Source: Lingula anatina
Taxonomy: Eukaryota; Animalia; Brachiopoda
DNA length: 64,000 nt
NCBI GenBank assembly: GCA_051362555.1
Contig: CM120642.1
Location: 13,764,001-13,828,000, forward strand
Direction of reading: 5' to 3'
Shown here: piece after piece, positions 1-12,900 of the stretch
How positions within the stretch are numbered: position 1 is the stretch's first letter
How the letters are laid out: every line of letters begins with the position of its first letter
The notes under the pieces: model-generated
The model's database searches: none
Told to the model about the DNA's origin: nothing
Seen by the model: only the letters and a program-made list of their open reading frames with translations
Made by a program: the position numbers and the translations under genes

Positions 1-2990
1 GATCTTTCACTAGATATTAACAGATATGTCTCTGGTTAAATAGATGACTAATCTCTGTACTGTGAGCCTCAGCAAAAATGTCCACAGAATATTATAACTG
101 CGGCCCTGGCAGAGGGTACAAATTTGGTGTCAAATGTGCAATAGTTTTATGGTGCATGTGCAAGTTAACTTTAAGTTGCTGGTTAACCAAATTCACGAAC
201 TTCGTCGGGTTGTGTCATATAGTGTAGGTATTTTTGATGTATTTAGTTATTCAATGTTTGACGCAGACTTTTTAATCTGTTTAAGGTGTATGTTTGGTAT
301 ACACGCACTGTTTTGACTGAAATTGACAAGCTGCAGTAACACAAATGCCACCTTTATTCCTCAAATTAGAAATGTAATAATTCACTTAACTCTCCCACTT
401 GTGTTTGTATTCATCACTTTAACTGTGATACAGAGAGAGGAGTGGGGGGTCCGGTTTGTCAGTAATTCATTATTTTCTCTTCTTATTTTCAGAAACCCGT
501 ACCATAAAAAGTGGATAATATTTTTATTAATTTTGCTGAATTTATCTAACTGTACTAGTAGGTCATGCTCAATTGCACAAGCTAAGACAGCAACCGCCAC
601 TTTAATCGCCTTCGTCACACCCTTAGAACCTGAAGCTCGGGTTAACCTCGTAAATATTTGGTTGTCAACTATTACACGTTGCAGGTGGCGTACAAAAATG
701 TGATCATTCTCTTTCTATCTCATTAAATCAGACCCTTCTCCTTCGATCGCCGTTGTTTCCAACCCAACCAAATATTGCAAAGCAAATGTGAGCCGCCATC
801 GGCAGATGGTGCATGTTAAATATGATATTCCATTAATATCGAAATTGCATCCAATTTGTCCGATAAATGCAGTTTTCATCACTCTAGAATCCATAGTCTG
901 ACTACGTCATGTATTAATGTGGAACAGACATTTACTGTAAAGTGGCCTTAGACGTATTTCCCCGTGTATAATTTACAAAAAATCATTAGTCACAGCAAGC
1001 ACAAGAATTTCTCCTTTTTAAAACTTTCTTGTTATATTTTGAAAATATCGTCGAAAATATAGACATAAGCCCAAGTATTCACTATTTGCGATGAGCCTGC
1101 ACTTTGAAGACATATAAATGTATAAATCACCAGGCGCCTACAGTGTTGATGGCATATTAAGTCACAGTGCCCGTTCCTCTTGGGACTACATCTGCGATAT
1201 TAACTTGGATCACAATGTAGGGCATGGGAAACCATCAGCGTCGTGTTTTTATACTTTTAACACGAAATTGCAACATCAACATCGTGTTTTTATACCTTAA
1301 CTGATTTTACTATTAAGAGAGTACATTTCAGCCATTTTGTTTTACTCTATTTATTTGCTACATTCATTTGTGAATTAGAAGAGCTAGCCTCGTTTCATAT
1401 GGCAATACAAAAAGCAGACAACCTAACTGATTTTCCTTTTATTTAAACAGTTTTAATCATTAAAAGCATAATATTCACTGCTAATTTATTTGCTTAAAAC
1501 GTACAGTTGCACAATATTGCTTGTCTGTTAAACATGCAAATTAACTCAGACATGTCCAGCGTCTGCTGTCATCATTGCTGAAGGGGTATATGTTTAATCA
1601 CAGCATCCTGAAACTATGAAGTTCAAAGTAATGACAATTTTGCTGTTGTGAAATGTCTTATGTAGTGGAATTGCATGGGAAAATGCTTTCAACATTTTTT
1701 GAATCATTCATAAAGTCTCTTCTCTGTTGTTTGCTTACCAAATTAGAAATGTGCGACTATATGGGGGAGAATATTTGGTAACATTAATAAATCCACTTTG
1801 CGGTTGATGACTATTAAATATGTCGTGTTTTGGAGATTGAAACTATTTAAGTTGTAGGAAAAAGCATTGAAATTTCAGCTCATGCCTATAATGACAAAAT
1901 ATGGTAATGTAATTTGGTCTGATCCAAGAAATTCAATATATGATTTCAAAAACGTATTGAAATACAGTAATCTGAACTAATGAATAAAGATGAAGTTAAC
2001 ATTGGGCATATCAGCAAAAGTGTCGAAAGCACAATCAAATTTTCTTTCCTGTATTGTTTGCCTTCACTGCCCATACCCTTTACGCCTTTAGCATAATATC
2101 CGAACGTATTGTCTAAGTGTGTACCTTATAAGGTGAAACTTTTTTTAAAAACCCATGAACGGCGATCTATTTTCAATACACATAGGCATATACGCAAATT
2201 AAGCTAATGCAGAATATTACAAAAACACTCGTGTTCCCGCTACAAATTATAATCGTTAAATAAGCTTGATTTTAACCTTGTATTTAGACGAAGCAAAATC
2301 ACTTCTTAACACCAAATACTGTCATCAAAACTCCGAACAAATTTATCCCAAATTGCACAGTAACGAAGTTATTGACATTGGTCTTGAAATAAGGGTCAAC
2401 GCGTTTTCACAAACGGAAATTTATATGCCAGCCATTGACTGGCTGGAATATCGGAATCATGTGTGACTGGGTTTCTATTGTGTGGTGTGTGTTATTTACT
2501 CAGCCCTGCAAAACACAAGAAGACCGATATATATAATCAGGAACGGCTGTACTTATATGGTTTCCAATGTCAAAACAAATGAATATGAAATATGTTTTTG
2601 ATTAGCATTTATTTTAACTAATTGACATATCTTCGATATATATACATGTATGTCACTACTTTATTCTGAGTAGTGATATTTAGATCAATGTTGATGTAAT
2701 TCCTCTTCGGTGATATAGCCCAATCCGATTGTGTCGAATTAAAAATGTGCCATTTACGTAAAATATGTTATTAAGAAGCGAACCATGTGAATAAGCCAGT
2801 AAAACACTCCATTCGATATTGCACGTGTTTTGTTTGTCAGCCTATCAAGAAGTAGGCCTGTTTAAAGCTCGCTGGCTCCGGTCAATAAAGTCCTGAACAA
2901 ACTGTCAATTTCTGTAGTAAGTATAAACCTCATCAATAATACATGCAAATGCAACTTTGTAATGGCGGGCCTCTGGTGGTGATTCTATGA

Positions 2991-3420
2991 TGACGTCACA
3001 ATTTACAAAAGCACACGAACACGGCTGTGATAGAAATTAATTTTTGTGGTGCACTTATACATGTATGCATTTGGATGACTGCAGCTAGACTGTACTTTGG
3101 ATTTTGTGGTACTGCAATCATAGACCGTGTGGATCAATACATCACCTAGATCTGCAAAACAGAAGTAGATACGACTTGGCAGGTGTGGCGTTTCCCTGAT
3201 CAATATATTACCTCAAACTGTAGCGTAAAACAAAAGGATTAATATATGAAATAGTAACTTGACTCCTGCTCTCTGAACGTGTCCTGTCGGAAACATGCAA
3301 TTTGACTTGGATTTGGATTTCAAGTATAACCTACTGACTATACATCGAATTATCCAGTGCCTTTGTGACGTCATGGATTACTCCGCGCTTTTGGCGACGT
3401 AAACTCGCGTGCGCGGCTCC
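2991..3420 (+). promoter_or_regulatory. Putative Cav2 promoter region with two perfect CRE palindromes and a CpG-rich patch
   Basis: TGACGTCA at 2991-2998 and 3366-3373; CpG-dense ctccgcgc...ggcgacgt...tcgcgtgcgcgg at about 3380-3420, roughly 600 nt upstream of the ATG. Confidence 0.4.
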
Positions 3421-3774
3421 TGGAACCCGGGGTCTCAACTTTGGATTAACAAGTCTTGGCTAATCATATAACAAAGACCGGAGTATCTATCCGTTAAGAC
3501 ACCGTAGCAGTCGTTTTAATTGACAAAGATAGTATTCCCGGTGAAATCTGGACATATATCGGATTATGCAACGCGACCATTCTCGGAGTACCATTGTTTG
3601 GAAGTATCATTGGATGATCGATCGAGGCCTGCCTAGCAAGCATACATGACGATTCATTATATTGCCATAGCATTCAGAGAATGATTTGAAGCTCACCAAA
3701 CAAGAGAGAGAAAGAGAAGAAAAAGTGGCAGCGCTGTACGATTATTGTCAAATTGCTGCCCAAACTGAAACAAC

Positions 3775-3858
3775 ATGGCGATTGCAGAAACCAACAACTA
3801 TGAATCCGCCAATAGCTTTCTAGAAGAGACTGCTTATGTTAATCTTGAATGCTGCTGA
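3775..3858 (+). other. Upstream ORF, 27 codons (MAIAETNNYESANSFLEETAYVNLECC*)
   Basis: Strong context CAACATGG; out of frame with the main ORF; stops 133 nt before ATG 3992. Confidence 0.45.
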
Positions 3859-3991
3859 AATTAGTCTGGTTTATATACGCGTAAAGGCGACGACATCGAA
3901 TCACCACCATCAACGAGGTCAAAACAGAAAGTGTTTTTTGTGCGTGTGTCCTTTGTTTTAAATTCGACTGATTTTGCATATTGTACTTATC

Positions 3992-4209
3992 ATGGATGTC
4001 TTTACCAGGGTTGGGAGCTTGTCTCCGGGCGAAACTGGTCCAGATGGCAGTCAACGGTCTGGGAGCAAAGAAAATTCCCTAAAAAGTGGAAGCAAAGGGG
4101 CCAACAGACTTAGTCTTCCTGGAGTTGGTGGAACAAATACTCGTTCACTGTTCATCTTCAGTGAGGAGAACTTCATAAGAAAATACGCCAAAATGATAAT
4201 TGAGTGGCC
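3992..4209 (+). CDS. cac: Cav2 coding exon 1 (N-terminus MDVFTRVGS...RSLFIFSEENFIRKYAKMIIEWP)
   Basis: ATG in good context (ATCATGG) with an in-frame upstream TAA at 3959. Ends CC|ATATCCTTTT, a U12 donor in phase 2. The start codon is less certain than the 3' end. Confidence 0.88.
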
Positions 4210-7200
4210 ATATCCTTTTTCTGATCAACCGACGGATTATAAGGGTGTTCTCACTCTGTTATTATGGAAGTTGATAAATATACGACAAAGGTAAGTCTTA
4301 CTGGCGTGCTCAGCCGAAGAAATAACTACAGTATCAGAGGTAAGTGGCTATGTGACAGAATGCATGTTGATAATGTGCAAAAATTAACCACCCCATTGTA
4401 CAATAACTAGAAACAAAAACTCTTACCAAACTTCTCTTTAAGTCTTTGTCTGTGGCATGTTATATATGATACGCGCTTACTCTCCAAGCAAGCATGTCAG
4501 TGAGATTCCAACACGTGGTCCACGTGTCCTGAACAACCCAAAGTGCCAATCACTCCAAATGGGTTATCATCCACAAATTATCAAATACGTTAGATAGCGG
4601 TCGATACTCAATATACCTAACCAGGTAACACTCAGTTTACATGTAAGTGTGTGTGTGGTATTGCATATTTTCATGCCTATCAACTTAACGCTTTTGTTAC
4701 GAAACGCTTAAATTGATCAATAAAATATATTTCAAGTTAGCCTTGTCGAACGATTCTAGGAGGTTCTACAACACTTTAACTTACATCTGGTGGCTTCATT
4801 ATTTCTTAATTAGTTTGCGAAATAATGAAGCCACAAATGGTCTACATTTATTTAAAATTAGCTACATTCTTAACGTCATAACTGATAATTATGTACCAAC
4901 TACCAGCTTGCATTTTCTCAATGTAATGTACTGGTATCTTATGCTAGGCACCATTAATGGAGTTAGATTAGGACATATTGATTGGGAAATTTCTTCTGTA
5001 ATATTTCATGAAACATCATTTTGACAACTTGGCGTAATGACTCGATCGTGAGCTTTAAAAAGGTGAAACTTGATTTCGTCAGCGGCCATGGTCTTAATGG
5101 ATGGGTTGCTTAGATTTTTCTTTCCCCCGTAATTTTGTCACGTGTCCCCAGTTTTCCTTTCCCTCAGGCCAGCAGTGAAATGAAATCTACTATGCCGCTA
5201 ACATATCAAAAGGCCAAGTTTTCTCAAAGGATTATTACTTTAAAATCACAAGTACACACGGTAGCCAAGACTTGCAGCTACACAACCGCCCAGCTCATTG
5301 CTATAATGGCGTTTGTAATTACCGGCAACAGCTCTGTTACTGCCCTAAACTGCGGAAGGATACAATTAGAAGCTGTACCACAGCACTGATATTTTAGTTG
5401 GGTTTGACGACTTGCTTAATGAATATATGCGCATCTGAATGTATGGAGTCCTAATGCAGTTCCGAACACATGCATACGATATGGCTGTCCCGGTTTTGTT
5501 TATACGCTGGTCATTTGTTCTACCTATCTGGGTCGCTGAATGTGTGAACAGGGCGTGAAATGTATGATTTCAGTTTTACACAGTGCTCTTTCATCCAACG
5601 TAGAGTCATTAGTCTTCAAAATGTATTATTTGTGTCAGTACCTGGAAACTGTAGATTCACTTTGAGTTATACCTGTACATGTATGATAAAATCTGGTGCG
5701 TTAATGGATTTTTTCAGTATCGGTTAATGTTGACTTAATCTGTAGATGTAAAACACACAGATGAACACACAAAGGAGCACAACTATGGGATAAGTGTTCT
5801 AGATCATTCTCAATTCGTGTTTTCCGAGATTCATTAATAATTCGTATGGCATATTTTCCACTTTATGGATTGTAATGAGTTCTTTATAATTCAAGCGATA
5901 TACTTGGCATATTCCCAGCATGCATTTCGCCGAGTTTTCTTTTTTGAAAGAGATGGCCATTATCCTCTCTTCGTTTATGCAAAACCTTACAGTCTTTGTA
6001 TACGGGATAGCACACATTGTGTTTGTATATAATATTTAAAAAAAAGGTAGCCCATATTCAAATTGCCACCCCCTTGCCTGAACAACTGCTTCAGCTCTAA
6101 ATTCCTTTAACCATGATGAACAATTTACAAAATTTACAAAAATGAGGTTTGCTACGATCGACGTACTCGCTTTGGGAACGTGGTGACACCGCGTACAGCA
6201 AAAATGATGGCGTGGGGATAATTCTTGGAAATCAGGCTGATTATTTGAAGGAGGTACGATGAATTGCACGCAGTTTTACAATGGTGATCTTAGATATTAA
6301 TGCTTGAAGAAGGTGAGTTATACGACCACCAGTGATACAAGCTGTATTACCTAGAAATACATCGGATAAGGATATTTGATGGAAAATATAAAAGTGTGCA
6401 TTGAGTTTCAAAATAAATTCGAACTATATTATTGAATGCGACAGATAAAAAAGTGAGACCGTCGTTATTTTTGACGGAACAGACTAACTAACAGTCCTTA
6501 TGCGTGCTCAAACTGTGGGATGCTATTTAATCTTTGAAAGATTTGCAGACTCTTAAACAGGGAGGGCGCTAAGACAAAATAATAATGACAAAAATAACGA
6601 TGTAATAAAATAACGAAATGAAGAACTGTTGTGGCACTAATGGATTTTGTCGGATTGACCTCATCATGACTATATTGCATGCTGATTATACCCCCAATTT
6701 TTGTAAGTAACCAAGCAAGCCGCACCAGGCGCAGTGGAATACGGGCCCAAAGGGCAGAATAATTGTTAAGTTTCGGCCTACATGTTAACGTTCACCATAG
6801 ATAAAACTAGCCGTGTCCTTACGTTATCCTGGCGCAGCTGTGCCTTCTATTTATTACCCTTTTTATTTTCAGTATCTTCTTCTCCCATTTCCCGTAGATA
6901 CTCTAAGGTTAATCTAACTAAAATGAAACATTAGTTAAAAAGATGTAATCAATTGATCGCAAGTATCCCCATCGATTTTTTATCCTGACGTTTCTGACGG
7001 TACCATACATGTCGGGCTCTCGTGTTCGTATACACACAGCACATGTAAATGGATTGCTCTAAGTAATGTAATATTTTCCTGGTGATAATCGATTCTTGAT
7101 TGTAGCTAGTTACTCTTAGCATAATGCACTTTACTGACTTGTGTATAATATTGTCGGAAGTTTCCTTACTGTGAGGTACTGGCTCTGTTCTTTGCTTTGT

Positions 7201-7304
7201 TCAGCATCACGTCTATTTAATGTTATGTTAAGGAAAGTAGAATTAATTCTTAACACTGACTATACTGTTTGTTAATAAATAATAACGTTATAATCCTACT
7301 TATG

Positions 7305-7308
<4 letters not shown>

Positions 7309-7349
<41 letters not shown>
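7309..7349. repeat. Poly-T tract
   Basis: Direct reading; similar runs at 9880-9912 (A) and 50346-50396 (T). Confidence 0.9.
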
Positions 7350-7350
<1 letters not shown>

Positions 7351-8778
7351 AAAAACATTGCACTTGTATGGAATATTTAAAAAAAGAATGCCATTTTACT
7401 GCAAAATACGAAAATTACAAATAAGTAACGCTGGACCTCATTGTCCAGACATCTATGTTCTCATCAGTTACAAAAGGGAAGGATGACTTGTTTTCTCAGT
7501 AAAAATTGAGTTCACTTATTTCACAAAGAGAGTTTGACAAGGTGCCGGCGGGTTTTCGTGCTAGTAATATATTCTGTGTCTTTGAAATCTAATTGCCTAC
7601 TGGGAAAAAAATATAATTGTTCGGTAAATTATGAGTATATATATACCATTTTTGTCCTTTACTGGTGCTATATTGCACCCCCACTGTTGTGTGTATCTTA
7701 CTAGTATATTAGCGTTAGAATTTATTTATTTACCCATCCATTAAAAACATGGCAAGATGGAAAATGTAAAGGACGTTTATTGAAAGAAAAAGTGGCGTAC
7801 TTAATTCGGTAATAGAAAACAACAGTACGTGTACATTTTAGATAAAACAAGGTAATTCTAATCTTAAAGATATGTTTGGAATATTTACTCGATGAAACTG
7901 ATTTATATTCATTTCACAATTGGATACAAGCATGCTTGCTATTGGAAATACGATAGAATCTATTTTAAAAGCGACCATCCCCTTGCTTGTGCCAGCTTTC
8001 ACAATCAAATACAACTATAGAGGTATGTTGCAATATTGAATTGCGTCTTAGTTCATTTTGACTCGAGAAAAGGGTTGGGCGATATTCCCAGTGGAAAACG
8101 CGAAAATGGATCTAATTGAAGTTTTGCGAGGTTCTGACTCAACATGGGTAACAAGTATTAGCGTGTTGCAATCCCTCACTGGCCTATTAAGAAATTTCCA
8201 ATAGTAATCTACAGTATCGTTTTGACTATTTTGCGATAATAAGGATGTGCCGTTGAAATAGCAATCCGTAGATTGAAGTAGGGCGTGCAGTTGATAATCA
8301 TCTTATGAAATAGAGAGCTTTCGTAAGAGTTATGAAAATAGGGTACGCCCCCGTCAGTGCTGTCGTATTCAATAATGCTTTGATGCTTTTATTTCTTGAG
8401 AGAATACCTTATAATATTTAATGCAAAAGCATACTAGCCGTTGATGGCCACGACAAAAAATGACCGCTGAGAGAGCACCGCATTTAAAGGCTTTGCTAAA
8501 CTGAAAGGGTATATTAAACTATTGTCAGCCTTTATGTTTTGTCATTGAAAGATTAATACAAATTTCATCCTCAGTTCCCATCTATAACCTGTTGACATGA
8601 CTTGCTGAGATGCTCTAGACCATTTGGCATCCGCTGTTTTTGGTCGTTTTGCCCAGCTGTACAGCATAACGCACCCGCCTGGTACTCAGACTAGCATTGA
8701 AACAAATGTAAATTCAATGTATAGGCCTATACTAAAGGGACATATTGAAAACTCAGTTTAAATTAAACGTTTTGGTGC

Positions 8779-8947
8779 CAGGCCCGTAGCCAGGGGGGGT
8801 TCGGGGGGTTCGAAAGAACCGCCCTTTTTGCTCCGAAAAGGTCCACTCTGGATAAAATTTGATCTAGGTACATGGAAGATTTTATGGTAAAAGGTCCACT
8901 TTTTCAGAAAACGAACCCCCCATTTGAAATTGCTGGCTACGGGCCTG
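8779..8947. mobile_element. 169-bp MITE with perfect 15-bp TIRs (CAGGCCCGTAGCCAG)
   Basis: CAGGCCCGTAGCCAG...CTGGCTACGGGCCTG; flanks ggtgc/agtgc may be a 5-bp TSD with one mismatch. Confidence 0.85.
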
Positions 8948-9878
8948 AGTGCTGACAGATATATTTCCTGTTTTAGTTAGTTCTGTTACGCATGCGGCCT
9001 TTAAACCGCACTCTATTTCGTAACAGCAGCGGAACCATTACAGACGTAAACATACTATGCGACTATAGACAAAGCATACTCAGACTATGATGAGACGTGA
9101 CACAACTGGCAGGAGCACTATTGTTTTATAATGGAGTAAAAATACGGGGAAGGGGATACAGATCAATAGAAAGGGAAACAATATAGCACTCTACAAAAAT
9201 GTTTTTTATAAAAGCGCCTTCGCTCCATAGTTCACTTTCTCACGAGGCACATCAATGTTTCATGTCCTTAATTTGTGTACATGTGGAAAATACAGACACA
9301 TGTTTGTTCACTATGATGTATTATTCTTAGCTGCAAATGACTAATTACAGTGTTTTATTTCACATGCGGGTAATTCATCATGCCACTTGACTTTTTTAAA
9401 GTTTGACCCACCAGTTGTTTGTCCATTTTGGCAAGTCCTCTTTTGGGCAATGTTCTTGAATAAGTCTTAAATAGCTGTCCTGTTGAACTGTAGATCCAGT
9501 CGTCCAGAAAGGTTGCTTACACAGGCGATTATCTAAATAACTCCTCGGGTTCTAAATCCCCATAAAAATCAATACAAACAGAAGTGACACTGCATAGCAG
9601 GAATTATCAATATAATGAAGTAATTATTCTGCTGGCTAGTAGTGGTCGGCTAACATGATTAATTTGCTGGCGGTGATGATATTAAACATATGATGGGGCC
9701 ACTTCTGGCAGAGTCACCTTAGGCATTACATACTAAGTAAAGCTCCCACGCCTGGAGATAATGACACACGGCTATATCTGAAGACACAAGGGAATGATGA
9801 ATCAGTCGTGTTTACTTACTACGGACATGAGTTTGTGTAAATCTTGTTTCATATGTTATTGTTTAATCGTTATAACCT

Positions 9879-9913
<35 letters not shown>

Positions 9914-12900
9914 ATTTATATTTGCCTCGCTGACTAGAACACATTGCTTGGGTGGTTTTTCGTGGTGCAGTTCGTATTCTGGTAAACTTATCTCCATTGT
10001 ATTTTTACCAACGTGCTAAAGCTATATAGTTATCAAATAAGGGAAAAATCAAAATTGTATAATGATTTTACAAGTACATCCCTGTGCCTTTGTTGAAATG
10101 ATCATTCTATATTTCGGCAAAGTACGTTTACCGGTCACCAATCCATATTCCAATAATCGATAAGATAGACATTGCTTCTGGTTTTAATTTTGTGTCCCAC
10201 TGGGATAACAGCCAATCCCTTTCCAGTGGCAAAATGTAAAAACCATACATTTGTTGCCAATTGATCTAGTGAGCACGTACATTTGATGTATAGAAAAAGT
10301 ATACTAAAAGAATAAATTGTGTTTTTGGGTTATTCATATATGACAGGATTATTCAATGGGAGAAATTTGTTTTACTTACAAATCGTTTATTCATTTAAAA
10401 ATCACAATATATAATATACAATTCCTTCAATTACTGGTGATGAGTAGCTGTCAAATATGCTCCCAGTTTAACATGTAGCTGTTTATTTGACACAAAATGT
10501 GAAGACTATCAAAATACTCGGAGGAAAAGTATTTGATCTGTTTGGTTCCTATCTCCTTTACGGTTTACTGGAAATCGGCGTTTTGCCATTTTCTGTCTGA
10601 ATAACCCATGAATACACAATCCCCCACTTCCCATACCACGTGACCTTCCTTCAGTGCGGAACTGTTACTGTTGAAATATTTGCTGGTCAAGGATCTACTC
10701 CAACAGTATGTTTGCATTTTGGTTAAGAATTGCATTGTGCAAAGAAGTATTAAACAGATACAGCTAAAAACATAACTGCTTCAGATAATCAAATCATTGT
10801 ATTCAGTAATGATATGAATATCAATTCTGTGTCGACCAATGAGTTATGAAGAAATAGCCTATGATATCAAAAATGATAAAAAACAATAGGCCTATGATAG
10901 GATGTAATACTTGCTTAACAATACTTTCTGTTTAAATGTGATTTTAAAAGATTAATCAAGATATTATTCTTTTTGGGAAGGTTTTTAGGGTGTTTTTATT
11001 TCTGTCTATCAAAATTCTTAATACACTTCCAAATGGGATTATACCTTGGTTTATTCGGCACGGTTTGTAACACTAGCAATGTTCACGCAGGCTTTTTGGC
11101 AACTTGCTTAATTAACCCCCCCCCCCCCAAAAAAAAAAAAAAAAATCCACCACCCGTTGCCGGCAGTCTCTGGGAGCTTGTCATCTGCTTCAATTATGGT
11201 CGGGTCGGTCATATCGCGGGCTTCATCTCGGCTCTGTCAAGAAATCGGGCAATCATCCTGTGAAGATATTAAATTTGGAACTGAAGTGTGAACTTAAGGC
11301 ACGAGATAGAATATGAATTAGTGTGAGTGACGTAAATGGAACCGGCGCCATTATTCCTGGCTGTTGACACATCCTTTACCAAGGAAAAAGTACAGGACGC
11401 TTAACGTCAACGATATTCACAACATTCACATCAATGTTCAGATCTACTTAAGTTATAAAAATGTGTATTCTTGGGTTGTTCATTGTGTGAAAGATATACA
11501 AAACAGTTTGCCACATCAATTAAGTTAGTCTCACTATTATCTTATTCTTGTGTTGATATCCTAATTTATTGCCTAGGATTGTGACGGGGGAATAAAGCAT
11601 CGATAAGCATATCAAAGTAGTAACGCCACTAATTCAGTGTTATTCCATCAGTACTCTGGTCCTAGAACAAGACTTCTAGTCAAAATTAAGCCACTGGAGA
11701 CCATTTGCCGATGACAATTGCTGATGCGCAGAATAACGCAAAGAAAACCAAAATGTCTTCCGATCATCAGTATGAGTCAGAGTGTAAAGAGATGATTCAA
11801 CAAGTAGAAACTTGTTCTCCGATAGTTCGAAACCTTGTTTACCAAGCATATCTTCAAAACTCGTGTGTACTTTGATAATAGAATTTTACAGAATTGTAAC
11901 GAATCACGTGATTTGTGTTTCGTGATTTACGAAATGATTCAACAGTGTATATTCGAGTTTTTAACTCTGTTAATTCTATCCTTGAAATTGTAAGGTATTT
12001 TTATGTGACCTGCATGTTGAAACTGCGCGTAAACACGCCTATGGCTTATACGGGAACCAAAATGTTTAAAATGTTATAACATTTGTTAAGTTGTGCGAAT
12101 GTGAGGTATTACCGATGTGCAACTCTCAAAGCCAAAGCCCTTGCTTTTTAACAACCATATTTGTTGAAAAAAATTAGCTCAGGCAGCAACCGAATGAAAG
12201 AACCCTCTTGAGAAATGAAGTCAAAGAGAGAGAGATGAAAGAGTTATATAATGTCTCAATTACTGTTGCTTTTATGTGGTCGATAGGCGAAAATTATGTG
12301 TTTAGTTCAGTGATAGAAGGCAAAATTCTGTGAGTCAACATTAGTGGTGCTGGGGCAACTGTGACATTGAGGCGATAACGAGTTCTGGTACGTTTCAAAT
12401 GATACTGTTATAGGCAGTTCATTGCTCACGGAACTGGGAAGATTCGACAATAAAGAACACTTCTCGTTCTTAAATATCGGTATATCTTTGTTATTCTCTG
12501 GTTTGTAGCATTGCATAGCTGCATGTCAGTTTTAAATATTCCATTCGTTGCGTATAAATTACTTCCCTGGCCAGTGTGCACTTACTAGACATGAAAAAAG
12601 GGAAACAGTAGAGACGGGGCGGCGGTTTACAATGTTTGATATGAAAAGCAAAATAAAATGTTTTAGTATAGACATGTGTATATCGCAACATCAATTGTAC
12701 CAAAAAGACGTAAAATGAGCTTGCAAAGACATAAAGGAAGGTGGGTTAAATAAACAAGTGTAAATATCCACTTATTTAACTTTAAGAAGGAAGTAAGCAC
12801 CCGCGTGTTCAGTGCACGATATACATATATTTATTCTACCTGTAGAAGTATTGGGCTGACTAGTTTAAATACGAGGGCAATTGTCGCCGACGCGCCGTGG

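Noticed and set aside
323-800. ORFs 323-703 (+) and 382-618 (-), and a minus-strand ATGGCGGC near 798 as a possible neighbouring gene
   Set aside because: No recognisable domain, and no convincing splice structure could be built.
3838-4008. Intron joining the uORF (TAT|gttaat) to tttaccag|G in exon 1
   Set aside because: Donor is phase 0 and acceptor is phase 2 for the channel frame, so the join shifts the frame; the donor is also weak.
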